Shown piece after piece: positions 35,716-48,500 of a stretch of DNA of 52,254 nt; position 1 is the first letter of the stretch, and each line of letters opens with the position of its first letter. The position numbers and the translations under genes were made by a program. Location of the stretch: IMG/VR virus record IMGVR_UViG_3300048817_000118, positions 1 through 52,254 of that record; one strand, written 5' to 3'. The DNA is from a virus (Duplodnaviria > Caudoviricetes). A model generated the notes under the pieces. It was not told where the DNA came from. It worked only from the letters and a program-made list of their open reading frames with translations, and did no database searches.

Positions 35716-36906
35716 ATGAGCACGCCAGCCTACCTTCCGCCGCAGATCGGGACCGCCGGGCTCACCATTCCGGGGTACAACAGCATATTGGCGCAGCTCG
35801 TCCTTAACTACCAAGGCATCTACGGGCAGAACGTGTACCTGGGGAACGACTCCTCCGACTTTCAGTGGATATCGGTATTGGCCCTAATGATCGCCGATAC
35901 CTTGGCCGGGCAGCAGCAGGTGTATAACAACCAGTCCCCCGCTACCGCTATCGGGGCCGGGCTGGACTTGATAGTTGCCATCAACGGGCTGACCCGCAAG
36001 TCGGCGTCGTATTCTACCTGCCAAGTTACGCTGACCGGGGTGGCGGGGTCCGTAATTAATAACGGCCAAGTCCAGGACGTCAACGGCAACCTGTGGAACT
36101 TGCCCACTCCGCTTACCATCGGCGCGGGGGGGACGGTTAACGCCGTGGTTACTGCCCAGACGTCCGGCCCGGTGAACGCCTTGGCCAACCAGATTTCTAA
36201 TATCTTCACCCCCACCGCCGGATGGGTATCCGTTACCAACGGGCCGAACGTCGCCGCCCTGGGGCAGCCCGTAGAGACCGACGCCCAGTTGCGCGGGCGG
36301 CAGGCGCTGAGCACCGAGTTGCCCAGCGAGACTTTATTGGCGGGCACCATCGCCGCCGTAGCCGCTACCTCCGGGGTGACCCGGTACAACGTGCTGGAGA
36401 ACTATACCAACGTGACCGACGGATTCGGCAACCCGCCCCACTCGATTACCGCCGTGGTAGAGGGTGGCGCCAGCGTGGCCGTGGCCACGGCCATCTACAA
36501 CAACCGGGGCATCGGCGTGCTGACCAACGGCACGGTTACCGTGGACGTCACCGACCCCAACTCCGGCGTGGTCACGGCCATAAGCTTCAACCTGCCCGCC
36601 TACGTCCCCGTCTACGTCATAGTAAATGCGCACTTGCTGAACGGCGGCACGGCCAGCACCATCGCCGCCATTCAGACCGCGCTGGTCGCCTACCTCAACA
36701 GTTTGCAGATCGGAGAGCTGGTCAGCTACGGCGCGCTGATCGCCGTGGCCATGGGCGTGAACGCCAACTTGTCCAACCCGGTGGTGTCGGTGCACTCCCT
36801 GTTCTTCGGGACCGCGCCCGCCCCCGCCGCCACCACGGACATACCGATATTTTTTAACCAGGTCAGCCAGGGGCTGGTGGCCAACGTAGCAGTGAACTCG
36901 GTCTAA
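35716..36906 (+). CDS. Baseplate J-like protein
   Basis: IYG..VYL..DS.D.Q, A.G.GLD.....NG..RK, GW.SVTN, ETDA.LR.RQ, ENYT...D..G.P.HSI..VVEGG. Confidence 0.9.
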   Translation: MSTPAYLPPQIGTAGLTIPGYNSILAQLVLNYQGIYGQNVYLGNDSSDFQWISVLALMIADTLAGQQQVYNNQSPATAIGAGLDLIVAINGLTRKSASYSTCQVTLTGVAGSVINNGQVQDVNGNLWNLPTPLTIGAGGTVNAVVTAQTSGPVNALANQISNIFTPTAGWVSVTNGPNVAALGQPVETDAQLRGRQALSTELPSETLLAGTIAAVAATSGVTRYNVLENYTNVTDGFGNPPHSITAVVEGGASVAVATAIYNNRGIGVLTNGTVTVDVTDPNSGVVTAISFNLPAYVPVYVIVNAHLLNGGTASTIAAIQTALVAYLNSLQIGELVSYGALIAVAMGVNANLSNPVVSVHSLFFGTAPAPAATTDIPIFFNQVSQGLVANVAVNSV

Positions 36907-36919
36907 GGAGGCACTAATC

Positions 36920-37966
36920 ATGGCAGTCGACTTTGTAGAGCCCGGCGGCGAGTACTACTACAGCTTGGCCACCCCTTTAGCCCCTGGCGCGTGGTCCGGG
37001 GCACCGTTCGGCGGGGCCGGGTTGGTGAACAACGCTCCGGCGGGCGCTAGCACCACCTACGCCATATCCCTGACCCCAGGGGCATTTCTGTACAAGAACT
37101 TGTCCACTAACTTCGCCACCTTTATCCACGGGGAGCGGCTGTACATCTCCGGGGCGTTCACGCCCAATAGCATTGTGTTCCAGTTCATGGACGAAGCCAC
37201 TAACCAGGTGGAGATTCGGGTAGACGCCCTAGGCCACCTGTACGCCACCCGCAATGGCACCCAGGTGGGAACTAGCTCCACCTTGCAGCTGGTGGCTGCT
37301 TCGGGCTGGAACTACATCGAAGCCCAGGTTACGTTCAATTCCACCACGGGCGCGGTCGAGGTCTGGGCGAACAACGCGGTGTTCCTCAACCTCACCGGCC
37401 TGAACACAGTGAACTCCGGGAACTCCTACTGTAACCGGATACAGCTGGGCAACCCCTGCGGGGCCACCGTGTACGTGAAGGACGTGTACATGCTTGACAC
37501 CTCCACCGGCGTGAACACCACCCGGCTGGGCGACATCACGGTAGGGATCCTGTGGCCCAACGCGGCGGGCGTGAACCAGTCGTGGTCCAACAACGGCGGA
37601 GCCAGCCAGACGGCCAGCGTCCAGGACGGCATCGCGCAGACCGGCACCTGGCCCGACGGGGACGCCACCTACATTAGCAGCAACACACCCAACCAGATCA
37701 GCGATTTCGCGCACCAGACGCTAGCCCTGACCGGCACCATCTTCGCCGTCCTACACGTCATGTACACCCGGAAGGACGACGCCGGGGCGCGGCAGATCGC
37801 AGGTGTGTGCCTGTCCTCCGCGACCACGGCGGTAGGCGCGACGCAGAACCTGGGCAACACCTACCAATACTTTATGGACGTGATCGAGAACGACCCCAAT
37901 ACCAGCGCTCCATGGCTCGTGGCGGGGCTTAATTCCGCAACTTTCGGCGTGAAAGAAATTTCTTGA
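36920..37966 (+). CDS. Tail-associated lectin (ConA)-like protein
   Basis: W.YIE..VT....G.VEVW.N ... YV.DVY.LD beta-sandwich pattern; AAGGAGG RBS. Confidence 0.6.
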   Translation: MAVDFVEPGGEYYYSLATPLAPGAWSGAPFGGAGLVNNAPAGASTTYAISLTPGAFLYKNLSTNFATFIHGERLYISGAFTPNSIVFQFMDEATNQVEIRVDALGHLYATRNGTQVGTSSTLQLVAASGWNYIEAQVTFNSTTGAVEVWANNAVFLNLTGLNTVNSGNSYCNRIQLGNPCGATVYVKDVYMLDTSTGVNTTRLGDITVGILWPNAAGVNQSWSNNGGASQTASVQDGIAQTGTWPDGDATYISSNTPNQISDFAHQTLALTGTIFAVLHVMYTRKDDAGARQIAGVCLSSATTAVGATQNLGNTYQYFMDVIENDPNTSAPWLVAGLNSATFGVKEIS

Positions 37967-37974
37967 GGATTTAA

Positions 37975-38886
37975 GTGGCAGGTCGCGACAGCCAAGATGT
38001 AAGCCTTCCCGTAACCCAGCCGACCACGGCTGCGGCGCGGGACTCGCAGGACGTTGTCCTGCCCGTAACCGGTCCCTCCACTGCCAAGGCCCGCGACTCG
38101 CAGGACGTTGTCCTGCCCATAACCGGGCCTTCCACCGCCAGCGCCCGCAACTCGCAGGACTTGCTCCTGTTTCTGATGGCCTTCCTGGGCGCGCGGGACT
38201 CGCAGGACGTAGTCCTCCCCGTCAACCAGCCTTCCACCGCTCTGGCCCGGCTGTCCCAAGACGTGCTGCTCTACATCCAGACCAACGCTCCCCCGGCTCC
38301 GCCGGTCGAGCCTTGCTATGGCTACTACACCAGTCTGATCACCAGCCAATACCAGAACTCCCCGGCGTTCCTGGCGTGGTTGGCCAGCAACCTGCAGTTC
38401 TACTGCGACATCATGGCGTGCACCGACTCCATGAACCAGAAGTTCTCCGTAGCCACGGCGGTGGGGGCGCAGCTGGACACGCTGGGCCTTATCATAGGAG
38501 TTAGCCGAATGGTGCAGTTCCAGCCCACGGGCGGCATCAGCCCGATGCTAAGCGACTCCAACTACCGAATACTGCTGAAGGCCACCATTATCCAGAACCA
38601 ATTCAACGGCCAGTACATGGGGACCAACAGCACCTTGTGGGACGACTGGCAGGGGCTGTTCCCTGGCGGCTCCATCTACGTCATCGACAACCAGAACATG
38701 ACGGTTACGGTGATTGTGTCGGGGGGGTTCACCCCGATCATGCAGCAGCTGATACTAAACGGCTACATCGTGCCCCAGGCCGAGGCCGTCATGTTCAACT
38801 ACATATTCGCCACGCTGCCCGTATTCGGGTTCGACGGGGTCAACCCGGCCATCATCGCGGGGTTCGACGTGGGGCACTTCGGATAA
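37975..38886 (+). CDS. DUF2612 baseplate wedge protein with N-terminal tandem repeats
   Basis: LITSQY..SP.F, AVG.QLD.LG.IIGVSR, L.D..YR.LLKA.I..N, DNQNM, FGFD...GFD.G; six ARDSQDV-type repeats. Confidence 0.85.
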   Translation: MAGRDSQDVSLPVTQPTTAAARDSQDVVLPVTGPSTAKARDSQDVVLPITGPSTASARNSQDLLLFLMAFLGARDSQDVVLPVNQPSTALARLSQDVLLYIQTNAPPAPPVEPCYGYYTSLITSQYQNSPAFLAWLASNLQFYCDIMACTDSMNQKFSVATAVGAQLDTLGLIIGVSRMVQFQPTGGISPMLSDSNYRILLKATIIQNQFNGQYMGTNSTLWDDWQGLFPGGSIYVIDNQNMTVTVIVSGGFTPIMQQLILNGYIVPQAEAVMFNYIFATLPVFGFDGVNPAIIAGFDVGHFG

Positions 38887-38895
38887 GGAGACACT

Positions 38896-39504
38896 ATGCC
38901 GGGCAGCTCTAATTTCTTAGTTTTTAATCCCACTTGTGCCAACCAAGAGCTCGACGCCACTTACTCGGCGGATGTGACCCGCACGGGCGGTATCGTCTTC
39001 GACCAAACCATGTCCTCGCTGCTTGCTAATAAGCTGATGTACCAGGTCAGCGTAGGGGTGGCCGGTCTGATGGCCGCTATGGCAAATAAAGGGTTCAATC
39101 CGAACGACGGCAACGGCGATCCGGCTCCGGCGCTGGCCAATCTAGCCGCTGTAATGGCCAACGTGCTGACCACCGCCGACTACTCCTCCATAATCGCGGC
39201 GGTGTTCCCCGGAGTAGCGTTTAATTTTACCCTCGGGGGCAGCTCCTACCTTAAGATGGGTTCCAACTTCGGGGGCCTGATCCTGCAGTTCGGGCTGGTC
39301 TCGCTCACCACTAACCCGCAAACCTTCACGCTTCCCGTGGCGTTTACCACCTCCCGACTGGCGGGGTTCATCAGCACGCCCTCCATCGGCAACCCCAACA
39401 CCGCCGGGATTGCGTTCAGTGGCGGGCTGAGCAACTTCGAGATCGAGGTATTCACTGGGTTCACCTCCGGGATCGAGTACTGGTACTTGGTGCTGGGACA
39501 CTAA
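38896..39504 (+). CDS. Short tail-fibre protein (baseplate anchor plus gp53-like C-terminus)
   Basis: NF..F....AN......Y..D..R..G......S..ANK..YQ.S; GLILQFG....F.LPVAF...YL.LG. Confidence 0.75.
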   Translation: MPGSSNFLVFNPTCANQELDATYSADVTRTGGIVFDQTMSSLLANKLMYQVSVGVAGLMAAMANKGFNPNDGNGDPAPALANLAAVMANVLTTADYSSIIAAVFPGVAFNFTLGGSSYLKMGSNFGGLILQFGLVSLTTNPQTFTLPVAFTTSRLAGFISTPSIGNPNTAGIAFSGGLSNFEIEVFTGFTSGIEYWYLVLGH

Positions 39505-39506
39505 AC

Positions 39507-42500
39507 ATGCGAAAATTCCTATCCGTACTGCTCTTGCTGGCCGCGACATTGATGACAGCAGCGGCCCAGAACACCACCACCTTTACCGCCTCGAACAGCG
39601 TCACCACGCTCACTGCCGCAGCCATCTACAGCGGTCCCGGCAGCCTTACGCCGCTGCCTACGGGCACCGCGCTGTTCCAAGCGACCAATGCCCTGGGAGT
39701 CCCGATCAGCTACCAGCTGGGCGGAGGCGGGCAGCAGATTTCGGTTCCCACCATATGCAGCATCGTGAACGGGGCCATAGTCCAGCCCTGCATGCTGGCC
39801 AACGTAGCTACTGCTAATCCGACCAACTTCTGCTACTCGCTTACCATCAAGAACAGCGCCAACCACGTGGTACTGGGCGGCCCTAGCTCCGGCTATCAGT
39901 GCTTGCAGCCGACCTTCACCAACACCTGGTGCTCGGCCGCCACCTGCGACCTGGACAACTTCAGCCCGACCGTTCCCCAGCAGATATTCACCCTGTCCAC
40001 GCCTACGCTGACCACGCTGGGCGGGGTCTACGGCGGCGACTGCCCCACCGGCCAGGCGGCCACGGGGTACAACGCCACCGGCCACCCGGACTGCGCCGTG
40101 GTAAGCGGCGGAGGCGGGGGAGCGGGCGTCTGGGGGGCGATTACCGGCACCTTGACCAACCAGACGGACCTGGAGAACGCGCTAGCTCTGCTGTCGCCGG
40201 TCGCCAGCCCGGTGTTTACCGGCATCCCCACCGCGCCCACGCCCATCACCAGCAGCAACGGCACCCAGGTGGCCAACACGGCCTACGTGCAGAACAACTT
40301 AGCCGGGTTCGCACCCATCAACAGCCCGGCGTTTACCGGCACTCCGTTGGCCCCCACCGTGGGGCTGAGCGACAGCTCCACCAAGCTGGCCACCACCGGG
40401 TACGTGCAGGGGCAGAACTACGTTACCGCCGTCAGCCCGGCGCTGACCGGCGTGCCCACCGCGCCCACGGCGGCTGTCAATACGAACACTACGCAGATCG
40501 CCACTACTCAGTTCGTAATTGGGCAAGGGTACGCGCCCATCACCAGCCCGACGTTCACCGGAGTCCCGGCAGCCCCCACGCCCCTTATTTCCGACAGCAG
40601 CACCAAGCTGGCCACCACCGCCTGGGTAAACGAGCAGGGCTACGGCACCGCCACGGGCAACGTGGCGGGGCCGGGTAGCAGCATACTTAACGACATCACG
40701 CTATTCGGAGGCACGAATGGAAAATCCATCGTCGACGCAGGTTTTGGATTCCCTTTGGCCGCAGCCCATATTGGGACCTTAGCAGCTGGAAGCAATGGGC
40801 TGGCAGCCTCTGCTACTACCGACACCACCAATGCTAGCAACATTAGCAGCGGTACTCTATCGCATGCAAGACTACCGGCACTGCTCAGCGGCGACATCCC
40901 TAACAACGCCGCCAACACCACTGGTACCGCTTCTAATGCCACTCTAGCCGCCCTAGCCACCGCCCTAGCCGCCGCGCCAGCGCAGTGCCTGGTGGCCGGG
41001 CAATTCGCCACCGGCATCACCGCCGCCGGGGTCGCCAACTGCTCCACGCCCACCGGCTCCGGCAACGTCACCGGGCCCGTGTCCTCCGTGGCCAACGACC
41101 TGGCCGTGTTCAACAACAACCTAGGCACCCTGCTGAGTGACTCCGCCGTGCCACTGAACACGCTGGCTACTTTAACTGGCACGCAGACGCTAACCAACAA
41201 GTCCATCTCCGCCAGCCAGATCAACAGCGGGGCGCTGGCCACGGCGGTAGGCGGCACTGGCACCAGCACCGGGCTCACAGGTATAGTGCGCGGCGGCAAC
41301 CCGTTCGCGGCCTCCGAGCTGAGCGGCGACGCCGCCACTTCCGGGTCGAATCTAGTCACCGTGAACGGGCTGAAGGGCGCGGCGCTGCCCGCGCCCATCA
41401 CCGGGTACCTGAACTACGTGGCCGGCACCGGGTGGGAGCTAAACGCCCTGCCCGGCGGCGGCAACGTCAACACTTCCGGGACGCCTACTGCAGGACAGAT
41501 CGGACTGTGGGTGACTAGCACGGCCATCCAGGGCGTGACCGCGCTGCCCGCCAGTGCCGAGCCCGCGCATACAGGCGACGTGACCAACGCCGCCGGGTCG
41601 CTGGCAACTACCGTGGTCCAAGTCGAGGGTGGGGCAATTCCCGCATCGGCGGCCTTGGTCGGCACCAACTCCAGCAAGCAGCTGGTTGCCAATACCGGCA
41701 CTATTACTAATAGCACGTCCGGGAACGCCGCCACGGCCACGGCTGCCGTAGCCCTGGCCTCCACCCCGGCGCAGTGCACTAGTGGGCAGTTCGCCACCGG
41801 CATCGCGGCCAACGGCACCGCCAACTGCACCACCCCGCCGGGCGGGGGCAACGTGAGCAACTCCGGCACTCCCACCGTGGGACAGATCGCGGCGTTCACC
41901 AGCGCCACCGTAATCCAAGGATTAACTACTCTCCCCACTTCCGCCGAGCCAGCGCACACCGGGGACGTAAGCAACTCGGCGGGGTCGCTGGGCATGACCG
42001 TGCTGCGGCTGAACGGAGGAACTATTCCGGTGTCGGCGGCGCTGGTCGGAACCAACTCCGGCTCACAGCTGGTGGCCAACACGGGGACCATTGCCAACAA
42101 CACCAGCGGCAATGCCGCCACAGCAACTTCCGCTACTACCGCCGCCACGGCCACGGCCCTAGGTGCCACGCCCGCGCAGTGTTCGGGCTCCACGTTCGCC
42201 ACCGGCATCACGGCCAACGGCACCGCCAACTGCGCCACCCCGGCTGGGTCGGGGAACGTCAGCAACACGGGCACCCCCACTACCGGGCAGCTCGCGGCGT
42301 TTACCAGCGCTACCGTGATCCAAGGCGTTACCACGCTGCCCACGGCGGCGGTTCCGGGGTTCACCGGCGACATGACCAACGGGGCCGGGTCGCTGGCCAC
42401 TATGGTGGGCAAGGTTAACGGCGGGCTGGTGCCCACTTCGGCTGCGCTGGTGGCCACCAACTCCTCCGCGCAGCCTGTGGCGGCGGCGCTGGCGCAGGGG

Positions 42501-45500
42501 AGCATCTTCGCGGGGAATTCGTCGAATCTACCGGTGGCGCAGGCCAAGCCAGTCATTGACGTAAGAGACATTCCGGGTGTGGACTGCACAGGAGTTTCTG
42601 ACAGTTCCACGGCGCTTAACGCGCTGACCGGTAATCCCCCTACCTCGAACAATGCGATCACAGGGAGAACACTGTCGTTTGGGAACTGCCCTAGCATCAA
42701 TTTGGCGAACACCTGGGTGGTCTACAACCAGGCCAGTTTCGTCATCAGCGGAGTTACGCGGAGCGGAGCGGCAGGCAAAGGACCGACAATCACATGGAGC
42801 GGATCATCTGGCGGGACGATGATCTCCATGAACTACGATGACGGGTGGCAAGTGGAAGGACTCAATTTCTTCGGGTCCACCGGGGCTGGTGTCGATGTCT
42901 TGTTCGACAAAAATGGTCCAGGAGGAATTTGGAATAGCACAGACGGGAAGTTTGTCAATGATACCTTCCAAGGTGCGAACTCGAACTGGATTGGCGTCTC
43001 CATCTCTCCTGTTTCAAAGGTAAATGTCGAAGACGTGCGGGTTGAGGACTCGTCATTCTACTGCAATGCTGCCGTGAGCACGACTGCGGCGATTGGAATC
43101 GAAGTGGGGGCCAGTTATAACGCCAAAAACGAAATTTACGCCCGCAACACGTTCCAGAATTGTTATTACGGGATCTACCAGAAGAACGGGTCTTTTGTAG
43201 CAAGTTACAATGAGTTTACGTCGAACGGCGGAACGTGCGGAAGCGGAGGCGGTGCAGACATCCGCGGCGATACAAGCAGTGACGTGGATATTATTGAAGG
43301 GAACCTAGACGAGAACAGCCTTCAAGGCTTCAGTATGAATGGCGATGTGCCGGGATTCGGATTTGGTCATCCTGTTATCTTCCGAGGGAATCATGCGGCT
43401 CCTGCTGGCTGCGAGAACCTTAGTCGTTATTGGTACAACGTTTTGGGAGGCACGGACTGGATTTTCCAAGGCAATTCATGGGACGCAGACAGTAGCCTAG
43501 TAAATGTCATTGGTTCTAACTATGCTGGCGGAAGCAACAATACCCACGTCTATGCATCTGGGAATAATTATCCCAACGCTGCCTTTACGCCGTGGTGGAC
43601 CAATGCAGCGGGAGGTTTCTCCGATGAACTGGGAATTACCAATGATCGACTTTTTACCTACGGCATAAAGCCGAATAGCGAACCTTCCGCTAGTGGAACG
43701 GAACCATCCCCATTGCTAGTGCTTCGCAGTTATGAAAATGGGGCCGTGTCCTCAGACGACATAGCATTTCAAAATATTGCCGGAAGAGGTAATGGACCCG
43801 GAACGCTACTGGTGAAGCACACAGGTTACGGAACAGACGTATTTGGTTGGGATGGCGCATACTCCGACATCAACATCATCGCGCTATCAACACCTTCGGT
43901 GTACCAGGTTTCATACGGGGGCACTACCGGATCAACCAGTTATACATACGCGATTGTAGCTTATGATTCGCTGGGAAATAGCGCAGGAAGCTCAACGTCT
44001 ACCTATGCCTCGGGCAACGCCATGCTTTCATCCACAAATTACAACCAAGTTCAGTGGTATCCCTTAGCCGGAGCGACTAAGTATTGCATTTGGAGAACGG
44101 CATCTAGCGGAACCCCATCAAGTACTGGTGACATTGGCTGCACGCCAGCGGTTGAGGCTAATGGGGGGCTGGGGAATTATCAGGCGCTTGTGTTTGGATA
44201 TGCACTCAACGGAAATCCGGTAACTGGCGCTTATACGTTCAATGACACAGGACTTGCGGGAGATTCATCGGTACTGCCGAGTACAAATACAACCGGCAGA
44301 ATCTCGGTTGCGGGTGAGATCACGTCCACTCTCACCACTGGCACTGCTCCATTCTCTGTGGCCTCCACCACAGTAGTACCCAACCTCAACGTTGAAGTCC
44401 TAAACGGCGTCACCGTCACTGGGACGCCCGCCACGGGCTACGTACCGACCGCGACCGGAGCCTCGACGGCAACGTGGCAGGCTCAAAGCGGCGGCGGACT
44501 CACTTTAGGCACCGCCGCTCAGGTCCCCGTGATGAACTCGGGGGCCACGGCTTACGCCCCGGTTACTATTTCCGGCGATGCCTCGATGACCAGCGCGGGC
44601 GTCCACACCAACAAGGGCATAAACGGCGTGCTGCTGTCCGGCCTGGCCACGGGCATAGTCAAGAACACTACTGCTACGGGAGTCCCCAGCATCGCCGTCG
44701 CCGCCGACTTCCCCACGTTGAACCAAGCCACCACGGGCAACGCCGCCACGGCCACCCTGGCCAGCACGGCCACGGCCCTGGCCTCCACCCCGGCGCAGTG
44801 CACTGGGTCCACGTTCGCCACCGGCATTACCGCTGCTGGCACTGCCAACTGCGCCACGCCTTCAGGTTCCGGCAATGTCAGCAACACTGGGACTCCTACG
44901 GCGGGCCAAATCGCAGCTTTCACTAGCGCCACCGTGATCCAAGGGCTATCGGCCATCCCCAACGGCATCACGGCCACCACCCAGACCACCGGCGACAACA
45001 CCACCAAATTGGCCACCGACGCCTTCGTGCTGGCCAACAGTAGTTTCACAGCGTACCAAACCAACAGCGTGCCCCTTACCTCCTCCGCGACCGTCAATTT
45101 CCAAAACTCCACCGCGTTCAACGGGCTGACGGCCACTTTTACTAACCCCTCGGCGGGCAACGTGCAGCTGGGGTTTAACGGCGCTCTGGGCAATGGCGGG
45201 CTGGCCAACTCCACCATCGGCGTCGCCGGCACGGCCAACCAGATCGTCAGCAGCGTTGCCGCCCCGGCGCTAGGGGGCTCGACTACATTAAGCATCGCCA
45301 ACCCATTCTCGTTCCCCGGAAAGTTCACCGCTTCCCTAAGCACCACCAGCGCCGCTAGCTACAACATTCCCAACGGAGCCGCTCCCACTGTCCCTGTAAA
45401 CGGGGACGAGTGGAGCCTGGCCGGGATTCGTCAATTTTACGATGGCACCCACACCAACTCGTTTACCACAATTCAGGGCGCGGTCACCAGCGGCCACTGT

Positions 45501-48500
45501 CCAGTGTTCAGCGGCACGGCCGGGCTGTTCGTGGACTCGGGAGCGAACTGCGGAGGCGTCCAAGTTTACCCTGGCGCGGGAGTGCCGAGCAGCACCGGGT
45601 CAGCCTGGGGCGCGTCCTACACGGTCGGCATCGTTGCTAACGATCTGGTGCAGCTTAACTCCAGCGCCCAGCTTCCGGCGGTGAGCGCGGCGCTGCTGAC
45701 TAACTTCCCCACCCTGAACCAATCCACCACGGGCAACGCCGCCACGGCCACCACGGCCACTTCCGCCACCACGGCGTCTACGGCTACGGCCCTGGCAGCT
45801 ACCCCGGCGCAATGCACTTCCGGACAATTTGCTACCGGTGTAACTGCAGCGGGCACCGCCAACTGCTCTACCCCGGCTGGATCAGGGAACGTCAGCAACA
45901 GCGGCACGCCCACGGCGGGCCAGATCGCAGCCTGGACCAGCTCCACCGTGATCCAGGGGCTATCGGCCATCCCCAACGGCATCACGGCCACCACCCAGAC
46001 CACTGGAGACAGCACTACTAAGATTGCCACTGATGCTTTTGTGTTGGCCAACAGCAGCTCCACCGCGTTCCAGGCCAACGGCACGGCTCTTACCTCCTCT
46101 GCGACTGTCAACTATGAGAACTCGGCCGCTTTTAACGGCCTGACCGTAACCTTCGCTAACCCCTCCGCCGGAAACGTGCAGGCGGGGCTTACGGGCACGC
46201 TGGGCAACGCCGGGCTGGCCAACTCCACCGTAGGCATCGTGGGCACGGCTAACCAGATCACCAGCAGCACCGCCGCCCCGGCGCTGGGCGGCAGCACTAC
46301 GATCGGCATCGCCAACCCCTTCTCGTTCCTCGGAAAGTTCACCGCCGCGCTAGGCACCACCAGCGCAGCCAGCTTTAACGTTCCTAGCGGGTCCGCACCG
46401 ACTGCCCCCGTTAGTGGGGACGAGTGGAACCTGGCGGGTGTGCACCAGTTCTACGACGGCACGCACACTAATTCTTTTACAACCATCCAAGGAGCCGTTA
46501 CCACTGGCCACTGTCCGCAGTTCAGCGGCACCGCAGGGCTGTTCGTGGACTCCGGCGCGGGCTGCGGCGGGGTCCAGGTCTACCCCGGCGCGGGCGTGCC
46601 CAGCAGCACCGGCTCGGCCTGGGGGGCGTCCTACACCGTGGGCACTGGGGTCAACAACTTGGTGCAGCTGAACTCCAGCTCGCAGCTGCCCGCCGTGAGC
46701 GCGGCGTTGCTAACTAACTTCCCCACCTTTAACCAGAATACCACCGGCACGGCCTCCAACCTTTCCGGAACGCCCGCTTTGCCGAGCGGGACGACGGGCA
46801 CTACGCAGACCACTGGGGACAACACCACTAAGCTGGCCACCGACGCCTTCGTGCTGGCCAACGGCGGAGCGGCCCCCCCGCTGGGGACCGCCGCTCAGAT
46901 TCCGGTAGTGAACTCGGGGGCCACGGCCTACGCGCCTGTAACCGTTTCGGGTGATGCTGTTTTGACCGCTGCGGGTGCCGTCACCAATAAGGGCATGAAC
47001 GGCGTGCTAATGTCAGGATTAGCCACGGGGATCGTAAAGAACACCACCACTACTGGAATCCCTAGCATAGCCGTGGCAGCGGACTTTCCAACGTTAAACC
47101 AAACCACCACGGGCAACGCCGCCACGGCCACCAGCGCGACCACGGCCACTACGGCCACCAGTGCGACCACGGCGGCCAACCTGAGTGGCACTCCGGCCCT
47201 GCCCAACGGCACCACCGGCACCACGCAGACCGTGGGTGATGGCAGCACTAAGCTGGCCACCGACGCCTTCGTGCTGGCCAACGCGGGAGGGGGCGGCGGT
47301 CCCACGCTAGGCACCGCCACGCAAATGCCAATCATGAACTCCGGGGCCACCGCCTACGTCCCCCAAACTATCTCTGGGGACGTGTCGGGCATCACGGCGG
47401 CGGGGGTCACCACGGTGGCGTCTTTGCACCTGGCCAGCCCCACCACCAACGCTATACTTAAGGAAACCTCCGGCGGCAACGCAGTGCCCTCCACCCTGCT
47501 GGACAACGGCACCACCGTTAGCACCTCGGAGCCGCTCACGGTGGGCGCTTCCGCCAACTTCACCATCGACGCCACCGGCGTAAGCACGGCGTACTCGTGG
47601 AAGCCGCCGGTAATCTCCGGGGCCACCACGGGCGCGCAGGTGTGGACCGGGACGGGCTCGGTGGAGCAGGGCAGCCTGTTCCCACTCCAGGGCACCGACG
47701 CCAACATCCTGAGCTCCGGGACCATTTCCGGCACGGGCGCGGCGCTGTGTACGGACGCCAACGGCGGCGCAAGCACCAGCGGCTGCTCCCCCGTGGGCCT
47801 TACCGGCCCGCTGCAGATCCCCGCGTCTTTGTCTACCGACATTTGCGGCGGCACTAGCAGCATCAAGTCCCTGCTGATAGCGCAGAACTCCAACACCGAC
47901 GCGGCCACCATCGACTTGCGGGCGCTAGTGGGGACCACGCTGGCCTGCCAGTCCGACCCGTTCGCCGGGTTTACCGGGTCGGGCCAGGTCATACAAGGCG
48001 GCTTCACGCTGGCCACCGACGTGCCCATCCTAGTCCCCACCGAGGTGAACTGGCACGGGGTGGGCGCGCCGGAAGGCGGCGGGTCGGCCATCCAGGCCAG
48101 CGCGACCTTCCACACCAACTTCCCGATGGTCGCCGGGGGCAGCGGCAGCGCGACCCTATGCGTCACTCCCGGTAGCGACGCCATTAAGATGGGGACCAAC
48201 GTGGCCGGAACCTGTACGGCGGGCGGCACCGGAACGTTTACCCCCGCCGGGCCCACTTCGCTGGTCCACTACGCCGTGGGCATTTGCCCTACCGGGGCCA
48301 CCTGCACCCCGATCAACACGGTCTTCATCGGCACGATTAACTCGGTTACGACCGCGTCCGCCGCCGTAATGGACGAGCAGCTGAACAGCCCGTTCACGCT
48401 GCCCGCCACCAGCGCGGGCTACCAGTACGTGTTCGTCATGCCGGTCACCATGCCCAGCCTGCGGAACACGGCCTGCATAGGTACCTCCGCCGCTTGCGAC

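Noticed and set aside
28005-39504. Tailocin, eCIS or T6SS
   Set aside because: Terminase, portal, capsid and replication genes are all present, so this is a complete phage.
44709-46718. Diversity-generating retroelement TR/VR pair
   Set aside because: No reverse transcriptase in the window; both copies are coding and the differences are not adenine-specific.
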